From: Escherichia coli
GTDB lineage: Bacteria; Pseudomonadota; Gammaproteobacteria; Enterobacterales; Enterobacteriaceae
Strand: one strand, 5' to 3'
Length of the DNA: 64,000 nt
Assembly (NCBI RefSeq): GCF_050920415.1
Contig: NZ_CP169309.1
The translations under genes were made by a program, and so were the position numbers. The notes below the pieces were generated by a model that saw nothing but the letters and a program-made list of their open reading frames with translations, ran no database searches and was not told the origin of the DNA. Position 1 is the first letter of the stretch. The number at the start of each line of letters is the position of its first letter. This document shows positions 1-14,416 of this stretch, piece after piece.

Positions 1-395
1 CCTTAAGAATACTGCGTGAGATAATAATGAGAAGCGGAGCACTCTGAAAGGAAGATGATGCTTTTTCTATCGCGCCATCGCGAACCAGACACTGGTTTTA
101 GTCATACTGTATTTGCGGAGAAACTGTTGATAAAACATCAATAACATAATGTTCTATCATTTTTAAATGACAGATAATCTGGTGTGATATTTATATAATA
201 TTCATTCTTATATTTCTCAATCAAGGGAACATTTGGTATCCAGTGTATCATCCTCATCAACCAGATGTGTTATAAGCACTTTACCTCGTTAATTTTAATA
301 TTACGAGTTACAGGACAAAACATCACTCGCATTTAGTCCAGTAACTCGTAGTAGCCAGAGTATACATACCCATTGATAAAATGCCTGGCAATAAA

Positions 396-1253
396 TTAAC
401 CCGCTATACTCGCACTCGTCGGCCCTGTTTCAATACTACCCACAATATCAATAATGTGACCCCAGAACATATCATCATCGTTATAATATAATGAATAATC
501 TCCATTATAATCCATAGCCAACTCAACAAGATTTATTCTGCTAACAAACATATCTTCTGTAATTTCTTCATCTTCTTCATCTTGAAGCCAGTCATTGGCC
601 AATTCAGTTAATTGTTCTGCAGCATATTGGCGGAACTCCTGATCTTTTTGTTGCATATGACTACATAAAAATCGCAGATTTTCAAAAGCCTGTTGCCAGG
701 TATATCTATCATTCTTATCTACTTCCATAGATACAGAAATATTCTGATCATTCCATTTCACTTCCCCGCTAAAACAGGAGTAGTCTTTATTAAGCACGAA
801 AGTCCCCAATTGCTGATCTTCAACAACAACTGGTTTGCGATATTCTTTCTGAATATTGAGCAGTTCCTCACACTGAACATGACTTTCAAGAACCTCAAGA
901 ACATAAAACCGATTATAAAACTCGGCTAACTTTCCTTCCGGCACGGTCCTGTCAATCAAATCTCGTACTCTCAGGCGATATATACCACCAGACTGCATAT
1001 TAAACGGCCACGCACAGCCTTGAGTTTTCTCATTTTCTTCTGTTATCAACCAGTTGAGTCGTCCATCTCCAACGTGAATTTCTCCCGTAGTCAGACTCTT
1101 CCAGGCGAGTAAGTGTTCAACCGCTGTCCAGTAATTATCACCGTTACTCTTACCCGCGCCACCGCCAGTATCACTAAGAAGAACGATAATTTCTTCTTCT
1201 GTATCTTTAAATGTATGACTAAATTTTTTGTATTCTTCAGAATTTAAGTCCAT
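396..1253 (-). CDS. hypothetical acidic protein (285 aa) in an AT-rich islet downstream of hrpA
   Basis: Intact 285-codon ORF with ATG start; surrounding 1..1400 is visibly AT-rich compared with hrpA; acidic C-terminal region (DEEDEE); no family recognised from sequence alone. Confidence 0.45.
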   Translation of the reverse strand: MDLNSEEYKKFSHTFKDTEEEIIVLLSDTGGGAGKSNGDNYWTAVEHLLAWKSLTTGEIHVGDGRLNWLITEENEKTQGCAWPFNMQSGGIYRLRVRDLIDRTVPEGKLAEFYNRFYVLEVLESHVQCEELLNIQKEYRKPVVVEDQQLGTFVLNKDYSCFSGEVKWNDQNISVSMEVDKNDRYTWQQAFENLRFLCSHMQQKDQEFRQYAAEQLTELANDWLQDEEDEEITEDMFVSRINLVELAMDYNGDYSLYYNDDDMFWGHIIDIVGSIETGPTSASIAG

Positions 1254-1412
1254 TTTTGCCCCGGTGAAAAATAAATTTGATCAATAACATTGAGTGCCGC
1301 AGTAAAGAATGTGTTATCGATAATTCAAAAATGACTGCGTACGCCACAAGCCTACTCCCCACGCGACGTAAGGAGTACCGCCCTTGCTATTTTTCAGAAT
1401 TCATAAAGAAAA

Positions 1413-1442
1413 AACCCGGCGCTAAATGCTGACCGGGTTTTA
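1413..1442 (-). terminator. intrinsic terminator downstream of hrpA (GC hairpin flanked by A/T runs, possibly bidirectional)
   Basis: AAAAAACCCGG...CCGGGTTTT palindrome immediately 3' of the hrpA stop. Confidence 0.5.
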
Positions 1443-1465
1443 GATTTATCAGGTAAATAGCAGGA

Positions 1466-4400
1466 TTAACCGCTAATCTGCTCCATCGCCTGCAAAATAC
1501 GCTTATCCGAAATCGGATAAGGCGTACCAAGTTGTTGAGCGAAGTAGCTGACGCGCAGCTCTTCTATCATCCAGCGGATCTCTTTTACGTCTTCATCTTC
1601 ACGACGTGCTGGCGGCAGTTTGTTGATCCACTGCTGCCACGCCTGCTGGACATTTTCGACTTTCAGCATCTGGGCGCGGTCGCGATGTGGATCAACCGCC
1701 AGTTTTTCCAGACGTTTTTCAATCGCCTGTAAATAACGCAGCGTGTCGCCCAGCCGTTTAAAACCGTTGCCAGTGACAAAACCGCGATACACCAGCCCGC
1801 CCATCTGCGCTTTAATGTCAGAAAGCCCCAGCGCCATGGTCATATCCACCCGTCCTTTCAGGCGTTTGTTGATATTGAACACTGCCGTAAGGATTTGCTC
1901 GACCTGCTTCGCAATATCCACCACCGTGTCGTTCAGTTCAGCGCGGACTTTTTCATGAAGCGCGGCAAAGCCTTCTTCCGTCCAGACCGGGCCGCCCGCC
2001 TCATCAATCAACTTATCAACACCGCAGGAGATGCAGTCGTCAATGAGATCCAGCACTTTACCGTACGGGTTAAAGTAGAGACCCAGCTTCGCTTTGTTCG
2101 GCAGTTTCTCATGCAGATATTTAATTGGCGACGGAATGTTCAGCAACAGCAAGCGACGCAAACCACGCCACATAGCCTGCTGTTGTTCCTGCGGGTTATC
2201 AAAAAGCTTAATCGCTACGCTGTCACGCTCATCCACCAGCGCAGGCCAGGCCTTCACTTTGTAGTTGCCACGTTTCTGCTCGTAGTGATCCGGTAAATTA
2301 CCGAAGCTCCAGATATGTAACCCGCTTTGCTCAATACCATCATCGGCAACGGCGGAAAGCGTTTCCTGCACTTTGCCTTTCAGGGCGTCTTTCAGATCCT
2401 GTAATGAGCGCCCTTCTTTTAGCTTCTTATTTTTGTCGTCCACCACGCGGAAGGTGATTTTCAGGTGATCGGGCACCTGATCCCAGTGCCAGTCTTCGCG
2501 GTCAACGGTAACGCCGGTCATCCGCCGTAGCTCGCGCTCAAGGCTGTCGAGCAACGGCAGTTCCAACGGCGTGACGCGACCTAAAAACGCTTCGGCGTAG
2601 TTTGGCGCGGGTACAAAATTACGCCGTACCGGTTTCGGCAACGATTTGATTAGAGCAATCACCAGTTCACGGCGCAGGCCTGGGATCTGCCACTCAAACC
2701 CGCTTTCCTCAACCTGGTTAAGTAACGGCAGCGGAATATGCACGGTCACACCGTCAGCATCCGCCCCCGGCTCAAACTGATAGCTTAAACGCAGCTTGAG
2801 ATTGCCCTGATGCCAGAAGTTCGGGTAATCCAGCTTGCTGATTTTTTCCGCCCCTTCTTTGATCAACATGCTCTTTTCAAAGTTGAGCAAATCAGGTGTT
2901 TCGCGGCTGACTTTTTTCCACCAACTATCAAAGTGTCGTGAGGAGATCACATCGTGGCTGATGCGCTGGTCGTAAAATTCAAACAACGTTTCGTCATCCA
3001 CCAGAATATCGCGGCGACGTGATTTGTGTTCCAGTTCTTCCACTTCTGCCCGTAGTTTCAGGTTTTCACGGAAGAATGCGTGACGCGTCTGCCAGTCACC
3101 TTCCACCAGCGCGTGGCGAATAAAAAGTTCACGACACAGCGCAGGATCAATCTGGCTGTAGTTGACCTTACGCGCAGCAACAATCGGCAACCCGTAAACG
3201 GTGACTTTTTCAGTTGCCATCACCGCGCCCTGCGCCCGTTCCCAGTGCGGTTCGCTGTAGGAGCATTTAATCAAATGCTGGGCAACTGGCTCTACCCATT
3301 CCGGATCGATGCGTGCCGCAATGCGCCCCCACAGGCGGCTGGTTTCTACCAGTTCCGCCACCATTGCCCATTTCGGCGGCTTCTTGAATAAACCAGAACC
3401 GGGGAAGATGGAGAAACGCGCGTTACGTGCGCCGGTATATTCCTGTTTATCGGCATCTTTCATGCCGATATGCGAAAGCAAACCTGTCAGTAAGGCGATG
3501 TGAATTTCGCGATACTCCGCCGGTTCGCTGTTAACCGGAATGCCAAGTTCTTTCACCACCTGGCGCAACTGGGTGTAGATATCCTGCCATTCGCGCACGC
3601 GCAGATAGTTAAGGTAATCGGTACGGCACAGGCGACGGAAGGCGTTTGAAGAGAGCGCCTTTTGCTGCTCGCCGAGATAATTCCACAGATTTACAAACGC
3701 CAGGAAGTCGGATTCTTTATCGTGAAAGCGACGATGTTTTTCGTCCGATGCCTGCTGCTTGTCCATTGGCCGCTCACGCGGGTCCTGAATAGAGAGCGCG
3801 GAAGTGATAATCATCGCCTCACGCACGCAGCCATGTTTCTGCGCTTCCAGCACCATTCGCGCCAGACGAGGATCGACTGGCAGTTGCGAGAGCTGGCGAC
3901 CGAGCGGCGTCAGTTTATAGGCGCTGGCCTGTTCATCAGTGGTGATCGCGCCCAGCTCTTCGAGCAGACGCACGCCATCCTGGATATTGCGTTTATCCGG
4001 CGCTTCTACAAACGGGAACGCAGCGATATCGCCCAGCCCCAGCGCGGTCATCTGCAAAATAACCGAGGCCAGGTTGGTACGCAGAATCTCCGGATCGGTA
4101 AACTCCGGGCGCGAGAGGAAATCGTCTTCGGAATAAAGACGAATGCAGATCCCTTCTGACACACGACCACAGCGGCCTTTACGCTGATTAGCTGAAGCCT
4201 GCGAAATGGGCTCAATCGGCAGACGCTGCACTTTGGTGCGATAGCTGTAGCGGCTGATACGCGCCGTACCTGGGTCGATAACGTATTTAATCCCCGGCAC
4301 AGTCAGCGAGGTTTCCGCGACGTTAGTCGCCAGCACAATGCGCCGTCCGCTGTGCGACTGGAAGACGCGGTTCTGCTCGCTGTTCGAAAGCCGTGCATAA

Positions 4401-5368
4401 AGCGGAAGAATTTCCGTATGGCGTAAGTTCAGCTTGTTCAGCGCATCGGCGGTATCGCGAATTTCTCGCTCGCCGCTCATAAAAATCAGAATGTCGCCAG
4501 GGCTTTCCTGGCTCAGTTCATCTACGGCATCGAAAATCGCCTGCAACTGGTCGCGCTCGGTGTCATCAGCTTCTTCAACAATCGGGCGATAACGCACCTC
4601 CACCGGATAGGTACGACCGGAGACTTCGATAATCGGCGCATTATTAAAGTGGCGCGAAAAGCGTTCCGGGTCGATAGTCGCGGAAGTGATAATGATTTTT
4701 AGGTCAGGACGCCGCGGCAGTAACTCTTTCAAATAACCGAGGAGAAAATCGATATTCAGGCTACGTTCGTGCGCTTCGTCAATAATGATAGTGTCGTACT
4801 GCATCAGCAGGCGGTCTTGCTGGATCTCTGCCAGCAGGATACCGTCGGTCATCAGCTTGACCATCGTGTTATCACTGACGTGATCGCTGAAACGCACTTT
4901 ATACCCGATGCAACCGCCCGGCTCCGTTTGCAGCTCTTCCGCAATACGGTTCGCCACCGTTCGTGCCGCCAGACGACGCGGCTGGGTATGGCCGATCAGC
5001 CCTTTAATCCCGCGGCCCAGTTCCATACAGATTTTCGGTAACTGAGTCGTTTTACCGGAACCCGTTTCCCCGGCGACGATCACCACCTGGTGATCACGGA
5101 TTGCTTCGAGAATGTCCTGCTTTTTCTGACTAACCGGCAAATTGTCCGGATAAGTGATTTCCGGTCGTGCTGCTTCACGCAGCAGGACTTTCCCTGCCGC
5201 CTGGTCAATCTCTTTCGCCATCTCCTGGAAAATGGCCTGTTGTGCATCAGGATTTTTAACCTTCTTCACGCCGTGCAGACGGCGGGAAAAACGCAGTCTG
5301 TCACGCAGCATCAGCGAATCCAACCGTTGCTGCAAGGCCGTAAAGGTCAATTTTTGTTGTTCTGTCAT
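1466..5368 (-). CDS. hrpA: ATP-dependent RNA helicase HrpA (DEAH-box)
   Basis: 1300 aa ORF; Walker A GETGSGKTTQ, DEAH motif, HA2/OB C-terminal region; length matches E. coli HrpA. Confidence 0.95.
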   Translation of the reverse strand: MTEQQKLTFTALQQRLDSLMLRDRLRFSRRLHGVKKVKNPDAQQAIFQEMAKEIDQAAGKVLLREAARPEITYPDNLPVSQKKQDILEAIRDHQVVIVAGETGSGKTTQLPKICMELGRGIKGLIGHTQPRRLAARTVANRIAEELQTEPGGCIGYKVRFSDHVSDNTMVKLMTDGILLAEIQQDRLLMQYDTIIIDEAHERSLNIDFLLGYLKELLPRRPDLKIIITSATIDPERFSRHFNNAPIIEVSGRTYPVEVRYRPIVEEADDTERDQLQAIFDAVDELSQESPGDILIFMSGEREIRDTADALNKLNLRHTEILPLYARLSNSEQNRVFQSHSGRRIVLATNVAETSLTVPGIKYVIDPGTARISRYSYRTKVQRLPIEPISQASANQRKGRCGRVSEGICIRLYSEDDFLSRPEFTDPEILRTNLASVILQMTALGLGDIAAFPFVEAPDKRNIQDGVRLLEELGAITTDEQASAYKLTPLGRQLSQLPVDPRLARMVLEAQKHGCVREAMIITSALSIQDPRERPMDKQQASDEKHRRFHDKESDFLAFVNLWNYLGEQQKALSSNAFRRLCRTDYLNYLRVREWQDIYTQLRQVVKELGIPVNSEPAEYREIHIALLTGLLSHIGMKDADKQEYTGARNARFSIFPGSGLFKKPPKWAMVAELVETSRLWGRIAARIDPEWVEPVAQHLIKCSYSEPHWERAQGAVMATEKVTVYGLPIVAARKVNYSQIDPALCRELFIRHALVEGDWQTRHAFFRENLKLRAEVEELEHKSRRRDILVDDETLFEFYDQRISHDVISSRHFDSWWKKVSRETPDLLNFEKSMLIKEGAEKISKLDYPNFWHQGNLKLRLSYQFEPGADADGVTVHIPLPLLNQVEESGFEWQIPGLRRELVIALIKSLPKPVRRNFVPAPNYAEAFLGRVTPLELPLLDSLERELRRMTGVTVDREDWHWDQVPDHLKITFRVVDDKNKKLKEGRSLQDLKDALKGKVQETLSAVADDGIEQSGLHIWSFGNLPDHYEQKRGNYKVKAWPALVDERDSVAIKLFDNPQEQQQAMWRGLRRLLLLNIPSPIKYLHEKLPNKAKLGLYFNPYGKVLDLIDDCISCGVDKLIDEAGGPVWTEEGFAALHEKVRAELNDTVVDIAKQVEQILTAVFNINKRLKGRVDMTMALGLSDIKAQMGGLVYRGFVTGNGFKRLGDTLRYLQAIEKRLEKLAVDPHRDRAQMLKVENVQQAWQQWINKLPPARREDEDVKEIRWMIEELRVSYFAQQLGTPYPISDKRILQAMEQISG

Positions 5369-5559
5369 AACGTTAGTGGGCAGTTGGCTGCCTGATTAAT
5401 TTTCTTTTAAATGATAGATATAGAGTACCACATCGCGGCTTTCTATGCGTTGTTCAATAAATTCGAACATAGGCTTCGATTTATTGCGCTATCTCTGTGG
5501 CAGGATTGTGAATAAAGTGTCAACAAGCAACGGGGCATCGCCCATTCAAACATCTATAA

Positions 5560-6174
<615 letters not shown>

Positions 6175-6227
6175 CCGGACACTATTTTGATGTGGACTGT
6201 AGATATTCAGTCCACATCTCAATCCAC

Positions 6228-9291
<3,064 letters not shown>

Positions 9292-9306
9292 TTTCTCTAT
9301 TTTCCT

Positions 9307-10203
9307 TCAGTAACAGCAGTAGCGAATAAAATAAAAAAATACCGGAGCGGTGAAAATTAATGAGTCAATCCTGTCAAGGAGTCCGCCATGTCCTGGTAAT
9401 AGTTTTCCACTATCTTTAACACCAATATCTCGTTTGATGGCTGACATCACTACATCGCCGCAAAAACCACTAATACCAATTAACAAACCCGCTAATAATG
9501 CCTGTAATGTATCTAGCGGTGTCAGCAACGGTCCAATAATCAGTGACGCAATCATGGTGGTGATTACGCCGCCCATCAGACCTTCCAATGTTTTTCCCGG
9601 GCTGACTTTAGGGACCACTTTTCTTCTGCCGCAGGATTTTCCCCATAAATACTGTGCAATATCGTTTGACTCGGTTAATGCCAAAAGAAATAACACCAGT
9701 AACGCCCCGCCCTGGATATTTGTGGTTGGCAACATTAATAACCAGGCGGCATGACTCAAGGCGAAAACGGTCATTATCCAGCCACAAAAAATGGCGCTCA
9801 CGGTATGCAGAAAACCAGAGGGGTCACCCACTAAAACTCGCCAGGTGGCTAATATCAGAAACCCAGCCAAAGGTATAAATAACAGAAACAGCTCAAAGCA
9901 ATTAAAACCGATAAGCAAATAGTTAAGAGGAATACCCCAATATAACCAACGCGGAAAATGTACAGATATAAGCGTACAATATTCTTTCAATGCCAGAAAA
10001 CTTATCAGCGCAAAAAACGTCAACGTCATCCAGCGTGGACCTGAAATCACCATTGAAAAACAAATGACGATGCCCCACCAGGTACGAATACGTAATGTAA
10101 CCTCACCCCCTTTTCTCTCCGGTAACCGCCATATCAGAAAACGGTTTATCAGCGTTGCTAAAATTAACAACGCGAAAAGTGTTGCCAGAGATTTTTCCAG
10201 CAT
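9307..10203 (-). CDS. ynbB: CDP-diglyceride synthetase family membrane protein YnbB
   Basis: 298 aa polytopic ORF, CdsA-like C-terminal region; operon position with ynbA. Confidence 0.85.
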   Translation of the reverse strand: MLEKSLATLFALLILATLINRFLIWRLPERKGGEVTLRIRTWWGIVICFSMVISGPRWMTLTFFALISFLALKEYCTLISVHFPRWLYWGIPLNYLLIGFNCFELFLLFIPLAGFLILATWRVLVGDPSGFLHTVSAIFCGWIMTVFALSHAAWLLMLPTTNIQGGALLVLFLLALTESNDIAQYLWGKSCGRRKVVPKVSPGKTLEGLMGGVITTMIASLIIGPLLTPLDTLQALLAGLLIGISGFCGDVVMSAIKRDIGVKDSGKLLPGHGGLLDRIDSLIFTAPVFFYFIRYCCY

Positions 10204-10814
10204 TATCTTTCAGCACTCATAAAAAGCACACTCCGACAACGATTAATCGCAGTCCAGATAAGCAGAATTGAAGCAATACTCCATAATAAATTATTCCATT
10301 GCATCCACTGGGGATAAATGGCAATGGCCAGCCCCCACAAACCAAATATTAACGCACGATCGCTTTTGCCAAATGGACCGGCATAACTGCGAATACCGTT
10401 AATCGTCTGCGCGAGTAAACCGCAAAACTCAGTCAATATGGTGCAAAATAACATGAGTATTACGAGTGATGCGTTACTTTCCGGTAAAAATAAAAACGGT
10501 AAATAAAGCGCAATATCGGAAATAACATCGCCAGTTTCGTTCAAAATCGCCCCAAGACGTGTTTGCTGATTACACTCACGCGCCATCATGCCATCCAGCG
10601 CATTGAGTGCCATACGGACAAAAAGCACGATGGGCAATAGCAAAAAAAGGATGGGGCGTGCCACCAACATCAACAGCAATCCGGTAAGAAGAGAAAGCGC
10701 CAGTGCAGCAAGAGTGATGTGATTCGCTGTAACATGGTGCTTATAAAGCCAAAACATCGTCGGCCTTAACAGCGACTGAAAGAGCGGTTTTATCTGGTAG
10801 AGCGTCATTATCAA
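10203..10814 (-). CDS. ynbA: CDP-alcohol phosphatidyltransferase family protein YnbA
   Basis: 203 aa hydrophobic ORF with D-G-x2-A-R...D CDP-OH transferase-like motif (LDGMMARE); stop overlaps ynbB start. Confidence 0.85.
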   Translation of the reverse strand: MIMTLYQIKPLFQSLLRPTMFWLYKHHVTANHITLAALALSLLTGLLLMLVARPILFLLLPIVLFVRMALNALDGMMARECNQQTRLGAILNETGDVISDIALYLPFLFLPESNASLVILMLFCTILTEFCGLLAQTINGIRSYAGPFGKSDRALIFGLWGLAIAIYPQWMQWNNLLWSIASILLIWTAINRCRSVLFMSAER

Positions 10815-10978
10815 TCCTTGATAATTCGGTTTGCGCTATGGTGCATCAATTCCCCTTACGGAGATATCGCAACACGCCGCTTCATTAAAAATTCAGAATA
10901 TATCAAGGTATTGGGGACTCACTGCCAGGAATGATTATCCCCAATTAATCAAATGGTTAAGAAACATTACGTTGTGGA

Positions 10979-13291
10979 TCAATACAACTCATCAAGTTTT
11001 CTCATCGCTTGTTCCCGTATTGCGCGCGTCTTACCGTTAAGCGCCAGCTGGCGAACTAAATCCAGTTCAGGGTTAACAAGCTCTAACGCCAGCAAAGGAT
11101 CACGTTTCAGCCTCGCCTTTAATACATCAACTGGAAAACGGGGATTATTCATCGCCACAATCCACCACTCGGGATCAATTTCTGCCGCCAGTGCCGCAGG
11201 GGGGGTGTGGCGGTTGCTAAGTGCGCCGAACTTGAAAAATGTGAGATTGCTTTTCGCCAGTGTACTCCACCATATACGATCCGGTTGTTTTGCCAGTACA
11301 TCCAGTTGTGCTAACGCATCGGGGTCGAGTGCATAATAAACACGTAACGCTTCGTTAACCTGCGCACGGGAGCTGTTTTCCTGCCTCAGAAAAAACTTCG
11401 CCCAAATATCATTGCGTGGCGTGTTTTTCTGTAATTCTTTGAGAACAACAGCGGGTAAATTATCCCAACTAATTAATGCACTCTCTAAAAAGTCCCAGTC
11501 GTCCGAACGTATCAGAGAGGTGGCATTTAATAGCATCTGGTCATCAACTTCACCGTAGCTGATAAGCTCAGACAAAATCATATCAGCGCTGGTTTCATAT
11601 GCATCTGAATCTGCTTTGGGATTATTTTTCCGATGCGATAAAGCACGTTGCCAAATTTTTTGTTTCATCGACGTGCTCAGATACTGATTTTTCGCCAGAT
11701 TACTCCACCCCTCAGGATCGTTGAAACGTGTCAATAATCGTTGTAGAGCAGCGTCAGAGTGAATTACCTGCATATCCCGACAGCAAAAGTAGGCAGGGGA
11801 TTTTTTCTCCATCCTTTTAACAAAATTAAACTGTAAGTTATCTGGCAATGCTAAAAATAACACACGTATTAGATCATCGTCATTCTCGAATTTTTGGTAT
11901 AAATATACTGCAACTTTGTCACTCTCTTGTGGCGTCATCCGCAACAATTGACCATGGTGTTTCATCTCTGCCAGCTTTGACGCTAAGCTTGTGACAACAT
12001 CGTTTGATGAATCGTTCGCCAACTGCATTGCCTGATTGTAGGTGAGTTGTCCTCCAGCACCGACCTGACGAATAGAGGGATCATCACTGCGGATATAGCC
12101 ATCAATAATGGATTCGGGCAATAACCACGCATCTTTATAAAGCTCCTGAATGATCATATCCCAATCTCTTTTCGCCAGAGTCATGACGATATCCAGAGGG
12201 AGATTTTCACGTAGCGCAAGATTCAACGGACCGACACCATCAGGTAGATGACTCATTCGCGTCATTATTTCGACAGAGAGCGGTTCACGGTCGAGCAACC
12301 CCAGAACAACAGGCTGGTAACCCAATTGCTGATCGGTCAACTCCAGAATCTCATTGTCAGGCATATATCTCGCCATACTTGCAATCGTTTGTCCATCATT
12401 GCTATTAATAAGTTGTTTGCGTAGGTTAGCTGAAATTCCTTTAATCCTTGGGAGAGTTCGCATTATGGCAAGATCAAATGTCGCAATATCTCGTCCTTCA
12501 AATGCAGCAACGTTGCCTTCATCCAGCATTTGCAATTCCTGCACTAACTCAGGAGAAGGCTTAGGGCGAAACAGCGCTTCTTTTTTCATCAGATTACAGA
12601 TATTCCCTGCCATGCGAATATTGCTTCGCTTAAAAATTTCTTTCAGAGCATCTTCATCATTTATTAGACCCCAATAATATGCATCAGGATTTATTATCAT
12701 CAGCGCTTTTTTGACATTTTCAGTGTCATTTTTATCACTCGCACGGACCATGAATTCACTATTTGTCGAAGACGCAACAACAGGTGCAATTATGTCATTG
12801 ATAAATATCCCACGCGCATTAATACTCCCCTTAATCGTAGACGGATTATCGTAATATGAATCGATAAATACCAGTCCACTTGCATTTATCGAACCGGTAA
12901 TTAACAGTGGTGAATCTGTAACTATATTCGTTGCCGTCACGTTACCGAGAATAACCCATGGATTAGAAAGAGAGAAAGTGGAAATATTACCTTTGACTGT
13001 CAAATTGCCAAGAACAATCAATTTTTGATTACTCTCTATATTACCTTCTACCACTAAATCGCCACGATGCACTTTCCAGTCCGATGCAGATAAACCGAAG
13101 GGGACAAGATTCACGCTACTGTTGATAGCTTGTTCAACTTGCTGTTTATCTTCAGCGGTAGCCGCAGATAAAAATGGATTAATATCAACTGCATTTGCAA
13201 CACATCGAAGTTCCGCCTGTACTGGAAGACTCAGGATAAACAGGGGAAGTAAACGTATCCAGCCGCAAATCCTGGCCTTAAACATATGCAC
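10979..13291 (-). CDS. ydbD: secreted protein YdbD
   Basis: 770 aa ORF with N-terminal signal peptide; position and length match YdbD. Confidence 0.8.
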   Translation of the reverse strand: MHMFKARICGWIRLLPLFILSLPVQAELRCVANAVDINPFLSAATAEDKQQVEQAINSSVNLVPFGLSASDWKVHRGDLVVEGNIESNQKLIVLGNLTVKGNISTFSLSNPWVILGNVTATNIVTDSPLLITGSINASGLVFIDSYYDNPSTIKGSINARGIFINDIIAPVVASSTNSEFMVRASDKNDTENVKKALMIINPDAYYWGLINDEDALKEIFKRSNIRMAGNICNLMKKEALFRPKPSPELVQELQMLDEGNVAAFEGRDIATFDLAIMRTLPRIKGISANLRKQLINSNDGQTIASMARYMPDNEILELTDQQLGYQPVVLGLLDREPLSVEIMTRMSHLPDGVGPLNLALRENLPLDIVMTLAKRDWDMIIQELYKDAWLLPESIIDGYIRSDDPSIRQVGAGGQLTYNQAMQLANDSSNDVVTSLASKLAEMKHHGQLLRMTPQESDKVAVYLYQKFENDDDLIRVLFLALPDNLQFNFVKRMEKKSPAYFCCRDMQVIHSDAALQRLLTRFNDPEGWSNLAKNQYLSTSMKQKIWQRALSHRKNNPKADSDAYETSADMILSELISYGEVDDQMLLNATSLIRSDDWDFLESALISWDNLPAVVLKELQKNTPRNDIWAKFFLRQENSSRAQVNEALRVYYALDPDALAQLDVLAKQPDRIWWSTLAKSNLTFFKFGALSNRHTPPAALAAEIDPEWWIVAMNNPRFPVDVLKARLKRDPLLALELVNPELDLVRQLALNGKTRAIREQAMRKLDELY

Positions 13292-13348
13292 TCCATGCCA
13301 TTAAAAAAGAAACAAAAGGGAAATGCATCTTTCCCTTTTGTATATTCG

Positions 13349-14209
13349 TTATTCTCGCGAAATACCATCCAACGTAGACAACACGTCCGCAGAAAGATGC
13401 AATTTTTCTGCGGCCATATTCTCCCGTAAATGAGCAACAGAAGACGTTCCTGGGATCAGCAAAATATTCGGTGAACGCTGTAAAAGCCACGCCAGCGCCA
13501 CCTGCATTGGTGTCGCATTAAGGCTCGTAGCAACATCGGAAAGCGTGGAGGATTGCAGTGGCGTAAAGCCCCCCAGCGGGAAGAACGGCACGTAGGCAAT
13601 GCCATCATGAGCCAAAGCATCAATCATTGCGTCATCAGCACGATGAGCAATGTTGTATTCATTCTGCACACAGACGATTTCGGTAATCTTACGCGCCTCT
13701 GCAACCTGCGTCGGTGTTACATTGCTCAGGCCAATATGTTTTACCAGGCCTTGTTGTTGCATCTCTGCCAGCACGGTCAGGCTGGCTTCAATCGATCCTT
13801 CTGCTGGGCCATGACCATCCCCCATCATAACGCGCAGGTTAACCACATCCAGTACGTCCAGTCCGAGATTACGTAGATTATCGTGTACCGCTTTTTGCAA
13901 CTCTGCCGGAGAAAATGCGGGCAACCAGGAGGCGTCCTCTCCACGCCGCGCCCCAATTTTAGTAACAATGGTCAGGTCGTCAGAGTAAGGATAAAGCGCT
14001 TCGCGGATAATCTGATTGGTGACGTGCGGACCATAAAAGTCACTGGTATCAATGTGATTGACGCCCAATGCTAGCGCCTCGCGCAGAACGGTTATAGCGA
14101 CGTGGCGATCTCTGGGCGGGCCGAAAACCCCAGGACCTGCCAGTTGCATCGCGCCATAACCAAGACGGTTAACGGATTTTGTACCGAGAGTAAATGTGTT
14201 GCTGCTCAT
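13349..14209 (-). CDS. ydbC: aldo-keto reductase YdbC
   Basis: 286 aa ORF; AKR family motifs; length equals K-12 YdbC. Confidence 0.9.
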   Translation of the reverse strand: MSSNTFTLGTKSVNRLGYGAMQLAGPGVFGPPRDRHVAITVLREALALGVNHIDTSDFYGPHVTNQIIREALYPYSDDLTIVTKIGARRGEDASWLPAFSPAELQKAVHDNLRNLGLDVLDVVNLRVMMGDGHGPAEGSIEASLTVLAEMQQQGLVKHIGLSNVTPTQVAEARKITEIVCVQNEYNIAHRADDAMIDALAHDGIAYVPFFPLGGFTPLQSSTLSDVATSLNATPMQVALAWLLQRSPNILLIPGTSSVAHLRENMAAEKLHLSADVLSTLDGISRE

Positions 14210-14363
14210 CGCACCCTGCCCTGTAATAAAACGAATTCAGAAAAATCAGTATAGAAATGAAAAGAGATAAATAATGCGAAGGCGTAAACAAGATTACTGG
14301 ATGAGTTGCTCTATTGTCCTGAAAAACACCAAAACAAAACGCGTCAAGCGCCGCATCCGGCAA

Positions 14364-14397
14364 TAAAAAACCGCAACCTGTATCAGCGTTGCGGTTT
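14364..14397 (-). terminator. intrinsic terminator downstream of ydbA
   Basis: AAAAAACCGCAAC...GTTGCGGTTT hairpin with flanking T/A runs just 3' of ydbA stop. Confidence 0.6.
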
Positions 14398-14416
14398 ATG
14401 CATCACATACTAAAAA

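Noticed and set aside
396-1253. Possibility that the 285 aa ORF is simply ydcF, the K-12 gene that follows hrpA
   Set aside because: Not fully rejected; its sequence does not resemble what I recall of YdcF (DUF218) and the DNA is AT-rich, so I treat it as an acquired gene pending alignment
1532-5399. Plus-strand ORFs within hrpA (1532..1732, 1895..2296, 3662..4159, 5090..5395 and others)
   Set aside because: Embedded antisense in the well-supported 1300 aa hrpA reading frame
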